From Batkoa obscura (lineage: Eukaryota), in assembly GCA_030770535.1 (NCBI GenBank), contig JASVEC010000183.1, positions 1-34,879 of the forward strand: a DNA stretch of 34,879 nt. Reading direction: 5' to 3'. This document shows, piece after piece, positions 34,498-34,879 of this stretch. Under the pieces are notes generated by a model, which was not told where the DNA came from, did not search any database, and saw nothing but the letters and a program-made list of their open reading frames with translations. Made by a program: the position numbers and the translations under genes. Every line of letters starts with the position of its first letter. The first letter of the stretch is position 1.

Positions 34498-34879
34498 TTA
34501 CGCTTCCACATTACTTTTATTTTTCAGCCTTAATGCAAACAATTGTTGAAACTCACCAATTGGATTATTAACACAATGAATAGCCCCTGGTAATGTAGAT
34601 AAAGACCTTGAATTACATGTTGGTATAACTTGACAAAATTTGCATTTATCTACATCCCAAATTTCAATAAAATCTGGATTAAAACCTAATATATAAGGAT
34701 ATTCAAATGCAAAAGAAGTTGGCTCTCCTTCCCACAATATAATAAATTCTAATTAGTACGACGACCATCTTTATCCACATAAAAAGCAAATTCATCATAA
34801 CATAATAAAAAAATCTTTAGTTGATACTTTGTAAATAGCAATAGGTTTAACTACTTCTCTTTTTAGTACAAAATTTAAG
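34498..34879 (-). CDS. ROM2: C-terminal CNH domain of a Rom1/Rom2-like Rho GEF (5' part outside window); two apparent indels
   Basis: KPIAIYK, LLCYDEFAFYVDKDGRR, WEGEPTSFAFEYPYILGFNPDFIEIW. Confidence 0.7.

Overview
Very AT-rich eukaryotic DNA with short GT-AG introns. The genes are fungal; an early-diverging lineage such as Entomophthoromycotina/Zoopagomycota is only my inference. Housekeeping genes in order: 3' part of FKS1 glucan synthase, CIA2, PTC7, a GH13_5 alpha-amylase with an N-terminal hydrophobic segment, DRE2, a Cid1/Cid13/CutA-like terminal nucleotidyltransferase, ADE3, an unknown Asn/Tyr-rich protein, a DinB-like protein, and the 3' end of a ROM2-like CNH-domain gene. Two fast-evolving small-protein families sit between them. 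(1) A tandem array of seven B12D/NDUFA4-like mini-genes (4 intact, 3 pseudogenes) at 3.6-8.6 kb. (2) An accessory island at 15.7-24.4 kb with seven copies of an unrecognised small secreted-protein family (3 intact, 4 relics whose stops often sit on Gln codons). The window also has 12 copies of a ~100-bp MITE with GGGG...CCCC ends and 4-bp WWAT target duplications (Sola-like), one of them a fold-back chimera, and a solo LTR nested inside a solo LTR of the same family. Single-base indels in FKS1, ADE3 and the CNH gene look like assembly errors. All exon models and alignments were made by eye.
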